From Escherichia phage E26, in sequence record MN655998.1: a stretch of 64,000 nucleotides of DNA. One strand, given 5' to 3'. A model generated the notes under the pieces. It searched no databases and was not told the DNA's origin. It saw nothing but the letters and a program-made list of their open reading frames with translations. Shown piece after piece: positions 36,887-45,494 of this stretch. Position 1 is the first letter of the stretch; each line of letters opens with the position of its first letter. Made by a program: the position numbers and the translations under genes.

Positions 36887-38061
36887 GCACTAACTTTTTT
36901 CTTTACTGCTTTCACCTTCTGGCGAATTGCTCGAATCTCTTCGATCTCTTTTTCAGTATCTTTAACAATTTCTTTGCGATTCTGAATATCTTTATCGAGA
37001 TTATCATCAAGTTTAGGCAGCATGTCAATCAAGAACTTTTTAAGGTCTTTCAGGTTGCGAATAACAGTACCTTCACCCATTACCGCCACACCTACACCGT
37101 CCGGCAGATCACCAAACAGTTTAACCAGTTCAGACAGATGATCATGATCTTCTAGTGCTTCTTCCGGTTCAGATGGCAGTTCAACAAAGTTATAACGTTC
37201 ATCATTGCTGATCAAGTGATACCAGCAAAGCCCGAAAGATTTCGGTGTATATTCTACACCATCAATTTCAACCGCGTCAACACTTCCATAATCATCTACT
37301 TTAGTTACCTTAAATCCTTGTCCCAGCTTTTGAACAATTTCAACAACATGACTTGATACAGTTTCAGCGGTAAACCAATATGGCAAATTATGCTGATTTG
37401 GCTTGTAGCGTTCACCTACTTTAAATCTCTGACCATCCGCTTGCATAGAATGAAATTGTTGTTTCGTGATTTCCGCGAAGTATTCAAATTCGCTACCGTC
37501 AAACAAGCAATTCCATTGATCACAAAAACGATCCGCCTTAACAGTTTCACCTTTCGCGGTGATCATGGTAGCTGATCCGTGCAATTCTTCTTCAACTAAA
37601 AAGCCATATTCGACAAAATCAACAAGTTTCATAGCTTCTTTGTGATCTGGATCATGCTCTCCCCAGAATCGCTTAAATTCTTGCAAACCTTCTGGTGTAA
37701 ACGAATAACATTTACCTTTTTCAAAGTAAGTCGGCATTGCATCCTCTTTCTTGTTCATCGCTTCGTATGCCTCTTTTGAGATGCGTTTAAAGTATTTACG
37801 CTCATCGTGCATAATCATAGTAGCCCAATAATAAACGATATCCTCAGCGGAATAAACTACATCTCCAGCTTCAATAGTAATAACATGACCGTTGTCATCT
37901 TTTTCTAATACTTTAAAGCCCTTTTCGACGATTTCAGCAACCCGAATATGACCACGGCGCGAAGCATCGGTCAGAATAATTGAATAGCGAGAAAAGTCTA
38001 GAAACTCATCTTTACCACCTTCACGGAATGCATAGTAATGACCTTCAAAGAATTTAGCCAT
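36883..38061 (-). CDS. paralog family A member 6 (three tandem family domains in one protein)
   Basis: Repeats GHYYAFREGGKDEF / GKCYSFTPEGLQEF / GERYKPNQ; ERKYFKRISK; C-terminal LKKFLIDMLP + coiled coil. Confidence 0.55.
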   Translation of the reverse strand: MAKFFEGHYYAFREGGKDEFLDFSRYSIILTDASRRGHIRVAEIVEKGFKVLEKDDNGHVITIEAGDVVYSAEDIVYYWATMIMHDERKYFKRISKEAYEAMNKKEDAMPTYFEKGKCYSFTPEGLQEFKRFWGEHDPDHKEAMKLVDFVEYGFLVEEELHGSATMITAKGETVKADRFCDQWNCLFDGSEFEYFAEITKQQFHSMQADGQRFKVGERYKPNQHNLPYWFTAETVSSHVVEIVQKLGQGFKVTKVDDYGSVDAVEIDGVEYTPKSFGLCWYHLISNDERYNFVELPSEPEEALEDHDHLSELVKLFGDLPDGVGVAVMGEGTVIRNLKDLKKFLIDMLPKLDDNLDKDIQNRKEIVKDTEKEIEEIRAIRQKVKAVKKKVSA

Positions 38062-38092
38062 AATATAATCCTCTAGTTGTTTAAATGGGAGT

Positions 38093-38121
38093 ATCTTACT
38101 ACTCCCGTTTCATCATGTCAA
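38093..38121 (-). promoter_or_regulatory. early promoter cassette (TTGACA-N17-TAAGAT)
   Basis: Stem GGGAGTA/TACTCCC. Confidence 0.45.
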
Positions 38122-38124
38122 GTG

Positions 38125-38703
38125 TTAAAGTGACTTTTGGATCTCTTTCAGTTCAGCTACTTTATCGGCGCTGAATTTAGCGTAGGTATCATGTCGAATA
38201 ATTTCACTTTCAAGAAAGGTTTCCAGCCGAGATCTATTTTCAATAAGGAACTCTTTCAGGTCTTCCGCGTTCTTGATAAAGATTTTATTGTCAGTAATGT
38301 CATCTTCAATCGCAAAGGAGATAGAGCGAACTTTACCAAACAAGTTAATCAGATCTTCCAGAGATTCTTCTTTCTTAACTGGTTTCATTTCTTCAAACTG
38401 CTTTTTAGTGATGCGTTTAAAGTATTTGCGCTCGCTTGCATCAATCATGATTGACGCACCCTCATAATCATGAGTTTCTACCAAATACACTTTACCCATA
38501 ACATTAACCGTAAGAACTTTAAAGCCCCTGTGAAGCACACCATACAGGAACTTGTTATGTTGTGGATAGCGTTTAACAAATTCCTCTGCGGACTCAGCAT
38601 TACGGAAAGTGTAATAACGACCTCGTTCAAAAACAGCATCATTTGAAGACTTAGCTGGATACAATTTATACGTTTTCTGTACCATAATACAATCCTCTAT
38701 CAT
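38125..38703 (-). CDS. paralog family A member 7
   Basis: GRYYTFRNAESAEEF; ERKYFKRITK; C-terminal LKEFLIENR + coiled coil. Confidence 0.55.
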   Translation of the reverse strand: MIEDCIMVQKTYKLYPAKSSNDAVFERGRYYTFRNAESAEEFVKRYPQHNKFLYGVLHRGFKVLTVNVMGKVYLVETHDYEGASIMIDASERKYFKRITKKQFEEMKPVKKEESLEDLINLFGKVRSISFAIEDDITDNKIFIKNAEDLKEFLIENRSRLETFLESEIIRHDTYAKFSADKVAELKEIQKSL

Positions 38704-38972
38704 TTCACTAATTGAACAGCACGAAACAGAATGCGGTCACACGGAAGAAGCATAAATTCCCAACGCGGATCAAAGTCTTTAGCGGTATATGTTTTCCCAT
38801 CAACCGAGATTTCACTTACATAACCAATAGGTGACACTTTAAGAACAGTAAATCCATTCTTGATGACTTCGTAGGTATCTTTCAAACCTTCGTAGTCATC
38901 CTCTAAGAAGTCTTTACGTGCTTGCTCAGATTTAAAAACATAGGCAACACCGGATTTAAACATCTTACGCAT
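38700..38972 (-). CDS. paralog family A member 8 (single domain)
   Basis: GVAYVFKSEQARKDF...DGKTYTAKDF. Confidence 0.5.
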   Translation of the reverse strand: MRKMFKSGVAYVFKSEQARKDFLEDDYEGLKDTYEVIKNGFTVLKVSPIGYVSEISVDGKTYTAKDFDPRWEFMLLPCDRILFRAVQLVK

Positions 38973-39003
38973 TGTTGATTCTCCTTCTTGATTAGATGGG
39001 AGT

Positions 39004-39032
39004 ATTTTACTACTCCCATTTCATGCTGTCAA
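39004..39032 (-). promoter_or_regulatory. early promoter cassette (TTGACA-N17-TAAAAT)
   Basis: Stem GGGAGTA/TACTCCC. Confidence 0.45.
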
Positions 39033-39035
39033 CTA

Positions 39036-39524
39036 CTATCTTAATCTTTGTATAAATTGTTTCTTATACTTCTTCGTGATCTCTTCTCTTGTATCAGCGT
39101 CACAATAATCGAAACCTTCTGCGTCCATAATAGCAACCATCTCCGCGCGTGTCAAGCGTGAAAATCGTTTTACTTTATCAACAGCATATTGAGGATGTAA
39201 ATGATTGTTGGTGTAGTCTCCTTTGATGTAATTAACATAGTTTGTCGCCCAAACAACGAAATCAGCACCTAAAGCACCAACACCAAACCGTTTAAAGTCT
39301 CCGGTCAACGATCCTTCTAGGCGGTTGCAACACGAATGAAGCAATCCCCTTACGCGGCCTTGCCCTTTACCATCTAGATCGTGGTCGTGGTCAAGATGGT
39401 TTTTGCTCATATCCTCAAAAAGTGGCAATTGACAAAGGGGGCAAATGCCCCCCTGTTTTTCGAATAGTTCTTGTTTGTACTCTTTAGCACTCTTAGCAGT
39501 CAGTAACATAAATTCACCCTCCAA
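39036..39524 (-). CDS. 49: recombination endonuclease VII (Holliday junction resolvase gp49)
   Basis: CPLCQ...HLDHDHDLDG...RVRGLLHSCCN matches T4 endo VII. Confidence 0.9.
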   Translation of the reverse strand: MEGEFMLLTAKSAKEYKQELFEKQGGICPLCQLPLFEDMSKNHLDHDHDLDGKGQGRVRGLLHSCCNRLEGSLTGDFKRFGVGALGADFVVWATNYVNYIKGDYTNNHLHPQYAVDKVKRFSRLTRAEMVAIMDAEGFDYCDADTREEITKKYKKQFIQRLR

Positions 39525-39533
39525 AGAAGGTAT

Positions 39534-39827
39534 TTAACCATGAATCTTGTTTTTGACTACAAAGGATCGGAACTCATCAAAGCCACCAATATAATCACCA
39601 TCATAGAAAATCTGCGGCATGGTGGCAATAACTTCTACCCCTGCGCGATCCTGAATATCGGCAATGATAGAATCAATCTTTACGGGGCGACCGTTTTCGT
39701 CAACACCATCATTAACCGGAATGTAGATGTAAGGGATCTTACGCGATTCACAAAGGCGCTTTGCATTCTGGCAATACTTACAGTTGTAACCTTCAAAACC
39801 AAAAATTTCTACCATATTATACCTCAA
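39534..39827 (-). CDS. nrdC: glutaredoxin/thioredoxin-like protein (NrdC-like)
   Basis: CKYCQNAKRL active site; PQIFYDGDYIGGFDEF; 97 aa. Confidence 0.8.
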   Translation of the reverse strand: MRYNMVEIFGFEGYNCKYCQNAKRLCESRKIPYIYIPVNDGVDENGRPVKIDSIIADIQDRAGVEVIATMPQIFYDGDYIGGFDEFRSFVVKNKIHG

Positions 39828-40636
39828 TCTACGTTAGTTACATAAACTTCTTGCGTATCAGAAGACTTGCCACCTGAACGGTCTAGGCAATAGGTCTTAT
39901 TCAACAGGACGCAGTTTAAATCATTCCGCTTGATAAAGTCAAGAAGATGATCGTTTACCTTTCCCTTATGATGCGTGACATTACTGATACCAAACTGAAA
40001 ACCACGCGCCATAATAGATTCCACCCACCGATAGAATTTAATCTCTTCCTCGTCACTCCAGAACTTATTATATTCCGCAGAAGTGATAAGGTACGGCGGG
40101 TCCAAATAAACGAAATCACCTGGCAAGATCTCGATCTCGTCATAACGACCAGACGTAAAACTGATTCGACCGTCTTTGTTTTCTTCCTTAAAATTCAGGA
40201 CACGCTCTACCGCGTTTTCGTTAAAAGTCCGGCGACCAAAATTAGCATTAAATTCGCCCTTTCGGTTATGGCGGTTAATGTTGCTAAAACTGTGCTGAAT
40301 CAACACAAACAGCGATAGCGGATCTGGATTCTCGTTATACTTCTTACGGAATGCCATGTAAGCGTCTTTATCATCACGAGACAAACCATTTTCGGAAATA
40401 ATCCGATTGATTGTAGAAACCGGATCAGGACACGCATCAATGGCCTTGTAAGCGTCAATTAAACGATGGTCATAGTCATTAGCCAACACATCACCTTCGA
40501 CGTACAGAGACACGCTCAAACCGCCACAAAAGGCATCAACAAAGCGGTTATAGTGCTTAGGGAAATACTTACTAACACCTGGCAATAGCTTTTCCTTATT
40601 GCCAGTATAGGGAATTAAACCTAATGCTTTCTTCAT
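39824..40636 (-). CDS. dam: DNA adenine methyltransferase (Dam, N6-adenine)
   Basis: FVDAFCGGLSV (SAM binding) and DPPY catalytic motif. Confidence 0.9.
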   Translation of the reverse strand: MKKALGLIPYTGNKEKLLPGVSKYFPKHYNRFVDAFCGGLSVSLYVEGDVLANDYDHRLIDAYKAIDACPDPVSTINRIISENGLSRDDKDAYMAFRKKYNENPDPLSLFVLIQHSFSNINRHNRKGEFNANFGRRTFNENAVERVLNFKEENKDGRISFTSGRYDEIEILPGDFVYLDPPYLITSAEYNKFWSDEEEIKFYRWVESIMARGFQFGISNVTHHKGKVNDHLLDFIKRNDLNCVLLNKTYCLDRSGGKSSDTQEVYVTNVD

Positions 40637-41067
40637 TATCCCTTCCTCAAATAAGTTCGCTCAATCTCTACCAGTTCGAAAAAATCTTGCCAGTCGCAAG
40701 GAAAATTGCAGTTTCCGAAATGATCCTCTTTGTAAAGTTCTTTACCGGATGGCAGCTTAATATCTGTTACGCTGTAGTATCCGCAACAATCGCAATCACC
40801 CTCTGTATATTCTGTTTTGGTAGGAATATCCATCATTGCCAGATACAAAGGCACATCGTCTTGCTCAAAGTTCATGTAACCTTCATGGTCGAATGAAACA
40901 AAGTTATCATCACCACCGAAAGGGATATAATGGTCATAATCTGTTACAGGTTGACCGTGTAATTCCCATTCTACAATTTTAACATTACCGCTAAACTTGA
41001 TACCCATAATTTCAACAATAAAATGAGTATCGTCAATGTAAATCTTACCAGGAGTTGGATAAACCAT
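40636..41067 (-). CDS. hypothetical protein
   Basis: ORF tiling. Confidence 0.45.
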   Translation of the reverse strand: MVYPTPGKIYIDDTHFIVEIMGIKFSGNVKIVEWELHGQPVTDYDHYIPFGGDDNFVSFDHEGYMNFEQDDVPLYLAMMDIPTKTEYTEGDCDCCGYYSVTDIKLPSGKELYKEDHFGNCNFPCDWQDFFELVEIERTYLRKG

Positions 41068-41077
41068 TATATAATCC

Positions 41078-41374
41078 TCATATCTCAGAGAATAGAATCT
41101 CTGTTAGCTTCACTGACTGCTCTCTGAATGTTAGCGTATACTCGAAAGGAAAGTCAACACCCAATTTCAAAAGAGAATAGCCTACCGCCTCTTTATGCTT
41201 ATCGGTTAGGGCGATCCTAACCAATTCCCGTTGAATCTCTTTAGGCGGTGAATGGATAGTAACACGGGTATCATGTAATGTCCAGTCACCATTACGAATC
41301 AGGATTAACGGTTTATCGTCATTAAAGATCACCGACCCCTTTCCGGTCGGTGAGTGTTTTATACTAATCATCAA
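41078..41374 (-). CDS. hypothetical protein
   Basis: ORF tiling. Confidence 0.4.
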   Translation of the reverse strand: MMISIKHSPTGKGSVIFNDDKPLILIRNGDWTLHDTRVTIHSPPKEIQRELVRIALTDKHKEAVGYSLLKLGVDFPFEYTLTFREQSVKLTEILFSEI

Positions 41375-41585
41375 ATTCTAAGAAATATTCTGGAACGATA
41401 TAACCGTTAAAGTCATTGCACTTATAAAAATGTGGTGCATTTAATGCTGGATGAGCGTTTGTAAAGAGTTTACCCTCTAGAAACAGAATGTAATTAATAG
41501 GTCTTATACCGACAGAATCAGGGTCTAATCCTTTTTCTCTCAGTTCAGCCAGCGTTAAAACTCGTCCAGATCGTAACTTAGCCAT
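41364..41585 (-). CDS. hypothetical protein
   Basis: ORF tiling. Confidence 0.4.
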   Translation of the reverse strand: MAKLRSGRVLTLAELREKGLDPDSVGIRPINYILFLEGKLFTNAHPALNAPHFYKCNDFNGYIVPEYFLEFDD

Positions 41586-41871
41586 GATTTACCCCCAATT
41601 CATCAAGATTGTGTCGCAGCATTTCAGAGTATTTTTCTACTTCCTTAATCTTAGTGTGGATCTCCACGATCTCATCTTCACTATCAGAAAGTTTAATGGC
41701 AATAGCGGTACTGCTTTTACCCGCTTTCATAGTCTCTTTCAGTTCAACCAACAGGTCCGCGTGTTTCAGTAGCAGTTCTTCACGTCGAACATAAGCGACG
41801 GTCAAAGCCTCATCAGCGATTTCTAAAGCATTTTCAGCGACACCAACAACCATTTTACGAGTAGACAGCAT
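41578..41871 (-). CDS. hypothetical protein
   Basis: ORF tiling. Confidence 0.4.
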   Translation of the reverse strand: MLSTRKMVVGVAENALEIADEALTVAYVRREELLLKHADLLVELKETMKAGKSSTAIAIKLSDSEDEIVEIHTKIKEVEKYSEMLRHNLDELGVNHG

Positions 41872-41885
41872 AAATTCACCTCACA

Positions 41886-42194
41886 TTATTTCACGTTAAC
41901 GCCGCCATCAATCCAGCCGACGCTATTTGGTTTAACAGTTTTACCATAGGATGCATACTTAATCAAGCATGGTTTAACATCATTATCAAATCTTCCTAAG
42001 CGTACTCCCAAATCAGGAATATCCATGTAAGCGGCTTTATATCCCCATGTACAATATTCAGCATCAATCTCAACCGGACGGCCTTTAAAAGCATACACTA
42101 CACCGTAACGGTCAACGATAACATAGCGATAGCCAGCCGGAAGATACACAGTTTCGCCGTAAACTTTAACTGGAGTAGCAGAAGAGATAAACAT
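41886..42194 (-). CDS. hypothetical protein
   Basis: ORF tiling. Confidence 0.45.
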   Translation of the reverse strand: MFISSATPVKVYGETVYLPAGYRYVIVDRYGVVYAFKGRPVEIDAEYCTWGYKAAYMDIPDLGVRLGRFDNDVKPCLIKYASYGKTVKPNSVGWIDGGVNVK

Positions 42195-42228
42195 AATATA
42201 TTCCTCACATCGTTCATTTGATGCGGCT

Positions 42229-42257
42229 ATTATAGGATAACCGCATTTTCATGTCAA
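42229..42257 (-). promoter_or_regulatory. early promoter cassette (TTGACA-N17-TATAAT)
   Basis: Inverted repeat GCGG/CCGC in spacer. Confidence 0.45.
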
Positions 42258-42263
42258 CAGTTT

Positions 42264-42638
42264 TTAAAAATCTTCTTCCGGTTTATATCGACCGTCGTCT
42301 TCTTGTTTTGGGCTGAATCCGGTATGTTTGCGCGGCTTCGCTTCCGGTTTACCCGCAATCATCAAACCAAAACATTTCAGCCCCTTATAACACATAACAA
42401 TATAAACTACTGTCCACGTTATAGGCCAGATGATTGCGGCAATACAAAATGCTCCTGTATCGACCTCTTTCGTGTCCTTATCGAATCTGGCATACAAGCA
42501 GAATATAAGATACGAGATCATTGCACCCGTAGGCCAGATATAAAGCACATTAACAATATCTTGTGTTGTCACATTGTCCTCCTTACATGTCTTGCAGTGC
42601 GTAGAAGCATTTTTCTTCATAGTCATAGAAAATGTCAA
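42264..42638 (-). CDS. hypothetical membrane protein
   Basis: Two hydrophobic segments. Confidence 0.4.
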   Translation of the reverse strand: MTFSMTMKKNASTHCKTCKEDNVTTQDIVNVLYIWPTGAMISYLIFCLYARFDKDTKEVDTGAFCIAAIIWPITWTVVYIVMCYKGLKCFGLMIAGKPEAKPRKHTGFSPKQEDDGRYKPEEDF

Positions 42639-42861
42639 AGTATGCTTTTTCTACATACTCGCCATTGATCCAAGCGGCAGTAACAATCAGGGTAGTCCAG
42701 TTAGATCCGCTCTCAACGGTAAAGGTTTTAATACCCAGCTTCACAGCAAGGTCACGCGCAAACTGGTCGCAACCACGGCAGGAAGTGATATTGGAAGTTT
42801 TGATTTTGATGCCACCGCGAGTTTTAGAAATTTCTACTTTAGCGAAAGACAGGTTGCTCAT
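42583..42861 (-). CDS. hypothetical protein (start after promoter cassette)
   Basis: ATG at 42861 follows AGGAGAATCAAA leader. Confidence 0.45.
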   Translation of the reverse strand: MSNLSFAKVEISKTRGGIKIKTSNITSCRGCDQFARDLAVKLGIKTFTVESGSNWTTLIVTAAWINGEYVEKAYFDIFYDYEEKCFYALQDM

Positions 42862-42904
42862 TTTGATTCTCCTTAAGAAAAGTGTGTTTCGTTTTGATGT
42901 GTGT

Positions 42905-42933
42905 AGTATAGGGGATACGCGATCCCCTGTCAA
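42905..42933 (-). promoter_or_regulatory. early promoter cassette (TTGACA-N17-TATACT)
   Basis: Palindrome GGGGATACGCGATCCCC in spacer; leader GTTTCGTTTTGA. Confidence 0.5.
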
Positions 42934-42948
42934 CAACTTTTTATGATT

Positions 42949-43269
42949 TTAGTGAATTAACTCTACACCAAAATGAGGCACAGAGAACGCCTTACGAAAC
43001 ACATATTCATCATGTTTAGGGATCGCCCCTAACCTCTCTATTTCGCTCGCCATAACGATAAACTGTTTATCTGGTGCATATGCCTTGTGTGCTTCAACAA
43101 CGCACGGAAAACGCGTTTTAGAGAGTTCTGGATAGTTTTCTGAATCCAGAAGGACGATGAATACCCTATTACATTGATTGTAGAATCCTGTTTTTGATTT
43201 CATCAAGTTTTTTTCTATGTACATTTCGTGCAATCTTCCTTTCATGATTTCGTTGGTTCTTGTCTTCAC
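42949..43269 (-). CDS. hypothetical protein
   Basis: ORF tiling; start uncertain. Confidence 0.4.
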   Translation of the reverse strand: MKTRTNEIMKGRLHEMYIEKNLMKSKTGFYNQCNRVFIVLLDSENYPELSKTRFPCVVEAHKAYAPDKQFIVMASEIERLGAIPKHDEYVFRKAFSVPHFGVELIH

Positions 43270-43510
43270 ACTTTACCCACTCAACAAGATCTTTACCTAA
43301 CTCGAAAGCCCATTCTCGGTCTTGCTTTACGTTTTGTAGGTATGGGCTTTCCGACACTCGACGAAGTGATCTTGTCGTAACAAGAATGATCCCAGGAATG
43401 GTCGGATGTTCTTTTCCATATACAATAGGACGCGAGTCACTATCAATACCTTGTAAGAAGGTGTATCCTGAATCACTTAGAATCATATACTTTTTCATTT
43501 CACACATCAC
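43169..43510 (-). CDS. hypothetical protein
   Basis: ORF tiling. Confidence 0.4.
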   Translation of the reverse strand: MMCEMKKYMILSDSGYTFLQGIDSDSRPIVYGKEHPTIPGIILVTTRSLRRVSESPYLQNVKQDREWAFELGKDLVEWVKCEDKNQRNHERKIARNVHRKKLDEIKNRILQSM

Positions 43511-43764
43511 AGATTCCTCAACCAGTTATTAAAGCGAGCAAACCATGATGCTTTTCGTGCTTCTTTTACTTTATGTGCACGAAAACCACTGAAACACCAT
43601 TCATAATCATCACCGAAACATGATTCAACAGGAACACCCGCATTTCGTAGTTCTCTGGTCTTTATCATGAATCCTTGACATAAGGGTCGACCTTCAACAA
43701 TGATAGGAAGTTTAACTTTTTCCATGAAAGTATACCCAGCACGGTCAATAATTTCAATCTTCAT
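43507..43764 (-). CDS. small paralog family B member
   Basis: MKIEIIDRAGYTFMEKVKLPIIVEGR; paralog of 43783..43980. Confidence 0.5.
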   Translation of the reverse strand: MKIEIIDRAGYTFMEKVKLPIIVEGRPLCQGFMIKTRELRNAGVPVESCFGDDYEWCFSGFRAHKVKEARKASWFARFNNWLRNL

Positions 43765-43782
43765 AATATAATCCTCAATTAG

Positions 43783-43980
43783 TTATACCGCCCAGGCTTC
43801 ATTTGCACGAAAACACCATTCATACTCAGGAAAATAACCTTTAATTGGCACGCCAGCTTTTTGTAGTTCCTGCGTTTCTACAAGATAATCAAGCCCATAA
43901 CGACGACCTTCCACGATGATAGGAAGTTTAACGCCATTCATGAAAGAAAATCCACCATCATCAATAATTTCAATTTTCAT
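43783..43980 (-). CDS. small paralog family B member
   Basis: MKIEIIDDGGFSFMNGVKLPIIVEGR. Confidence 0.5.
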   Translation of the reverse strand: MKIEIIDDGGFSFMNGVKLPIIVEGRRYGLDYLVETQELQKAGVPIKGYFPEYEWCFRANEAWAV

Positions 43981-44224
43981 TTACATTGTCTCCATAGATC
44001 TTTCCAGCAATATCAATTTCACCAGCGCGAACATCTAGGATAAGATGCGGTAGGTGTATGCAGTTTTCCCACCCTACGCGCTTCATTTCTTCTACGGTAA
44101 CGTAAGCCCACCCGTTCGCTGTAATAAAGTCTACTTCAACCTTGAGAGGAAAGCAAGACTTTTCTATGTCTTCGAATCCGACAATATGTTTTGTTGTTGA
44201 ATATGGAATATATCCGGTGATCAT
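43970..44224 (-). CDS. hypothetical protein
   Basis: ORF tiling. Confidence 0.4.
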   Translation of the reverse strand: MITGYIPYSTTKHIVGFEDIEKSCFPLKVEVDFITANGWAYVTVEEMKRVGWENCIHLPHLILDVRAGEIDIAGKIYGDNVNEN

Positions 44225-44655
44225 TTTGTGATCTCCTTATACTCAACACACCATAAGCGGGTAGCCCATGATAAACGCTCATAACGCTGGCAGAAATCGG
44301 ACCATAGATATTGTGTACCGTCTTGCATAGTTGAAATATGCGTTTTCTCTCCTACTTTCACGAAAGAAGTATTCGATTTTGTGATCTCGACAGGAGTATA
44401 TCCGAAAGCTGGTTCCAAGTCAACATCTGAACTAAATGCCAATTTAACAGAATTTGTTTTTCTGACCGCTGTCCGGTTTCCTTCTGGGTATAGCACAGCA
44501 GGTTTAGCGCCTAAGCGGATAAACTCAGTATTTTTAATGAACAGAATATCATGATAACCGTCATATTCCGACACTTCCATAGTAACAGGAAAATCGATAT
44601 GTGCTAAACCTGGTAGATCTCGCATGTCATGAAATGTAGCCATCAACTTTTTCAT
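44221..44655 (-). CDS. paralog family C member
   Basis: C-terminal ITKSNTSFVKVGEKTHISTM...YERLSWA shared with 44666..44911. Confidence 0.5.
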   Translation of the reverse strand: MKKLMATFHDMRDLPGLAHIDFPVTMEVSEYDGYHDILFIKNTEFIRLGAKPAVLYPEGNRTAVRKTNSVKLAFSSDVDLEPAFGYTPVEITKSNTSFVKVGEKTHISTMQDGTQYLWSDFCQRYERLSWATRLWCVEYKEITK

Positions 44656-44665
44656 TTTGTATTCC

Positions 44666-44911
44666 TCACTCTTCTGTAATTACTTCATATTCAATTTTCC
44701 ATACATCAATCGCCCAGCTTAAAAGCTCATACGATTTACAGAAAGATGACCAAATATACTGTTTTCCGTGCATCGTTGTTATGTGTGTACGCTCGCCAAC
44801 CTCAACGAAAGACATATTTGACTTTGTGATAACTATAGGAATGCGACCGAAAGCTGGCGGTATTACTGATTCGTTGGTCTTCATTCTATGTTCCTCACTC
44901 TTCTGTTTCAT
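44666..44911 (-). CDS. paralog family C member
   Basis: ITKSNMSFVEVGERTHITTM...YELLSWA. Confidence 0.5.
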   Translation of the reverse strand: MKQKSEEHRMKTNESVIPPAFGRIPIVITKSNMSFVEVGERTHITTMHGKQYIWSSFCKSYELLSWAIDVWKIEYEVITEE

Positions 44912-45131
44912 TTCTTTTATATGGTACTATAACAGGATTAATACAGTAAGCACCAATTACGTTATGAGCACCACAATTTAAGCATTTATAATCATGGAAC
45001 TTATTAAGGAATCGCCCGAACTCATAACCGACTAGCGCCGCATGTACTTGAGTCTCGATCTCATCCATATCAGCCAATGTTTTAACCCTCATATTATAAT
45101 CCTCAAATGGTAGTTTTGCGAAGATGGTCAT
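44895..45131 (-). CDS. hypothetical protein
   Basis: ORF tiling. Confidence 0.4.
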   Translation of the reverse strand: MTIFAKLPFEDYNMRVKTLADMDEIETQVHAALVGYEFGRFLNKFHDYKCLNCGAHNVIGAYCINPVIVPYKRNETEE

Positions 45132-45393
45132 TACATGCTTTTAATGCATCAGTCGCGGTGTCATAGCGAGTATTATCATAGCACCAGTAACCATCTGTCA
45201 ACTGATAAATTAATCCATCCTTTTTAGCTTCGATGAAAGATAACTCTTTGAAAGTTTCTACTTTCTTTACGGATACTCCACGGTCACGGCGCTCATAGAG
45301 TTTAGCTAAAATGCGTTCAGCTTGTTCCTCTTTATCACCAGACAGATCCCAAATAATGTTGCGGATATGTTTGATTAATTGTTCAGCGGTCAT
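45103..45393 (-). CDS. hypothetical protein
   Basis: ATG follows cassette leader. Confidence 0.45.
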   Translation of the reverse strand: MTAEQLIKHIRNIIWDLSGDKEEQAERILAKLYERRDRGVSVKKVETFKELSFIEAKKDGLIYQLTDGYWCYDNTRYDTATDALKACNDHLRKTTI

Positions 45394-45422
45394 CTTTGAT
45401 TCTCCTTAGTTGGTATGTGTGC

Positions 45423-45450
45423 ATTATAGCACTATGATTTTCATTGTCAA
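45423..45450 (-). promoter_or_regulatory. early promoter cassette (TTGACA-N16-TATAAT)
   Basis: Follows terminator after gp38-like gene. Confidence 0.5.
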
Positions 45451-45460
45451 CACCCAAAAA

Positions 45461-45487
45461 ACAAAAAGGCTATCCCGAAGGATAGCC
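45461..45487 (-). terminator. rho-independent terminator after gp38-like gene
   Basis: GGCTATCC-ttcg-GGATAGCC + U-run. Confidence 0.5.
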
Positions 45488-45494
45488 CATAAAA

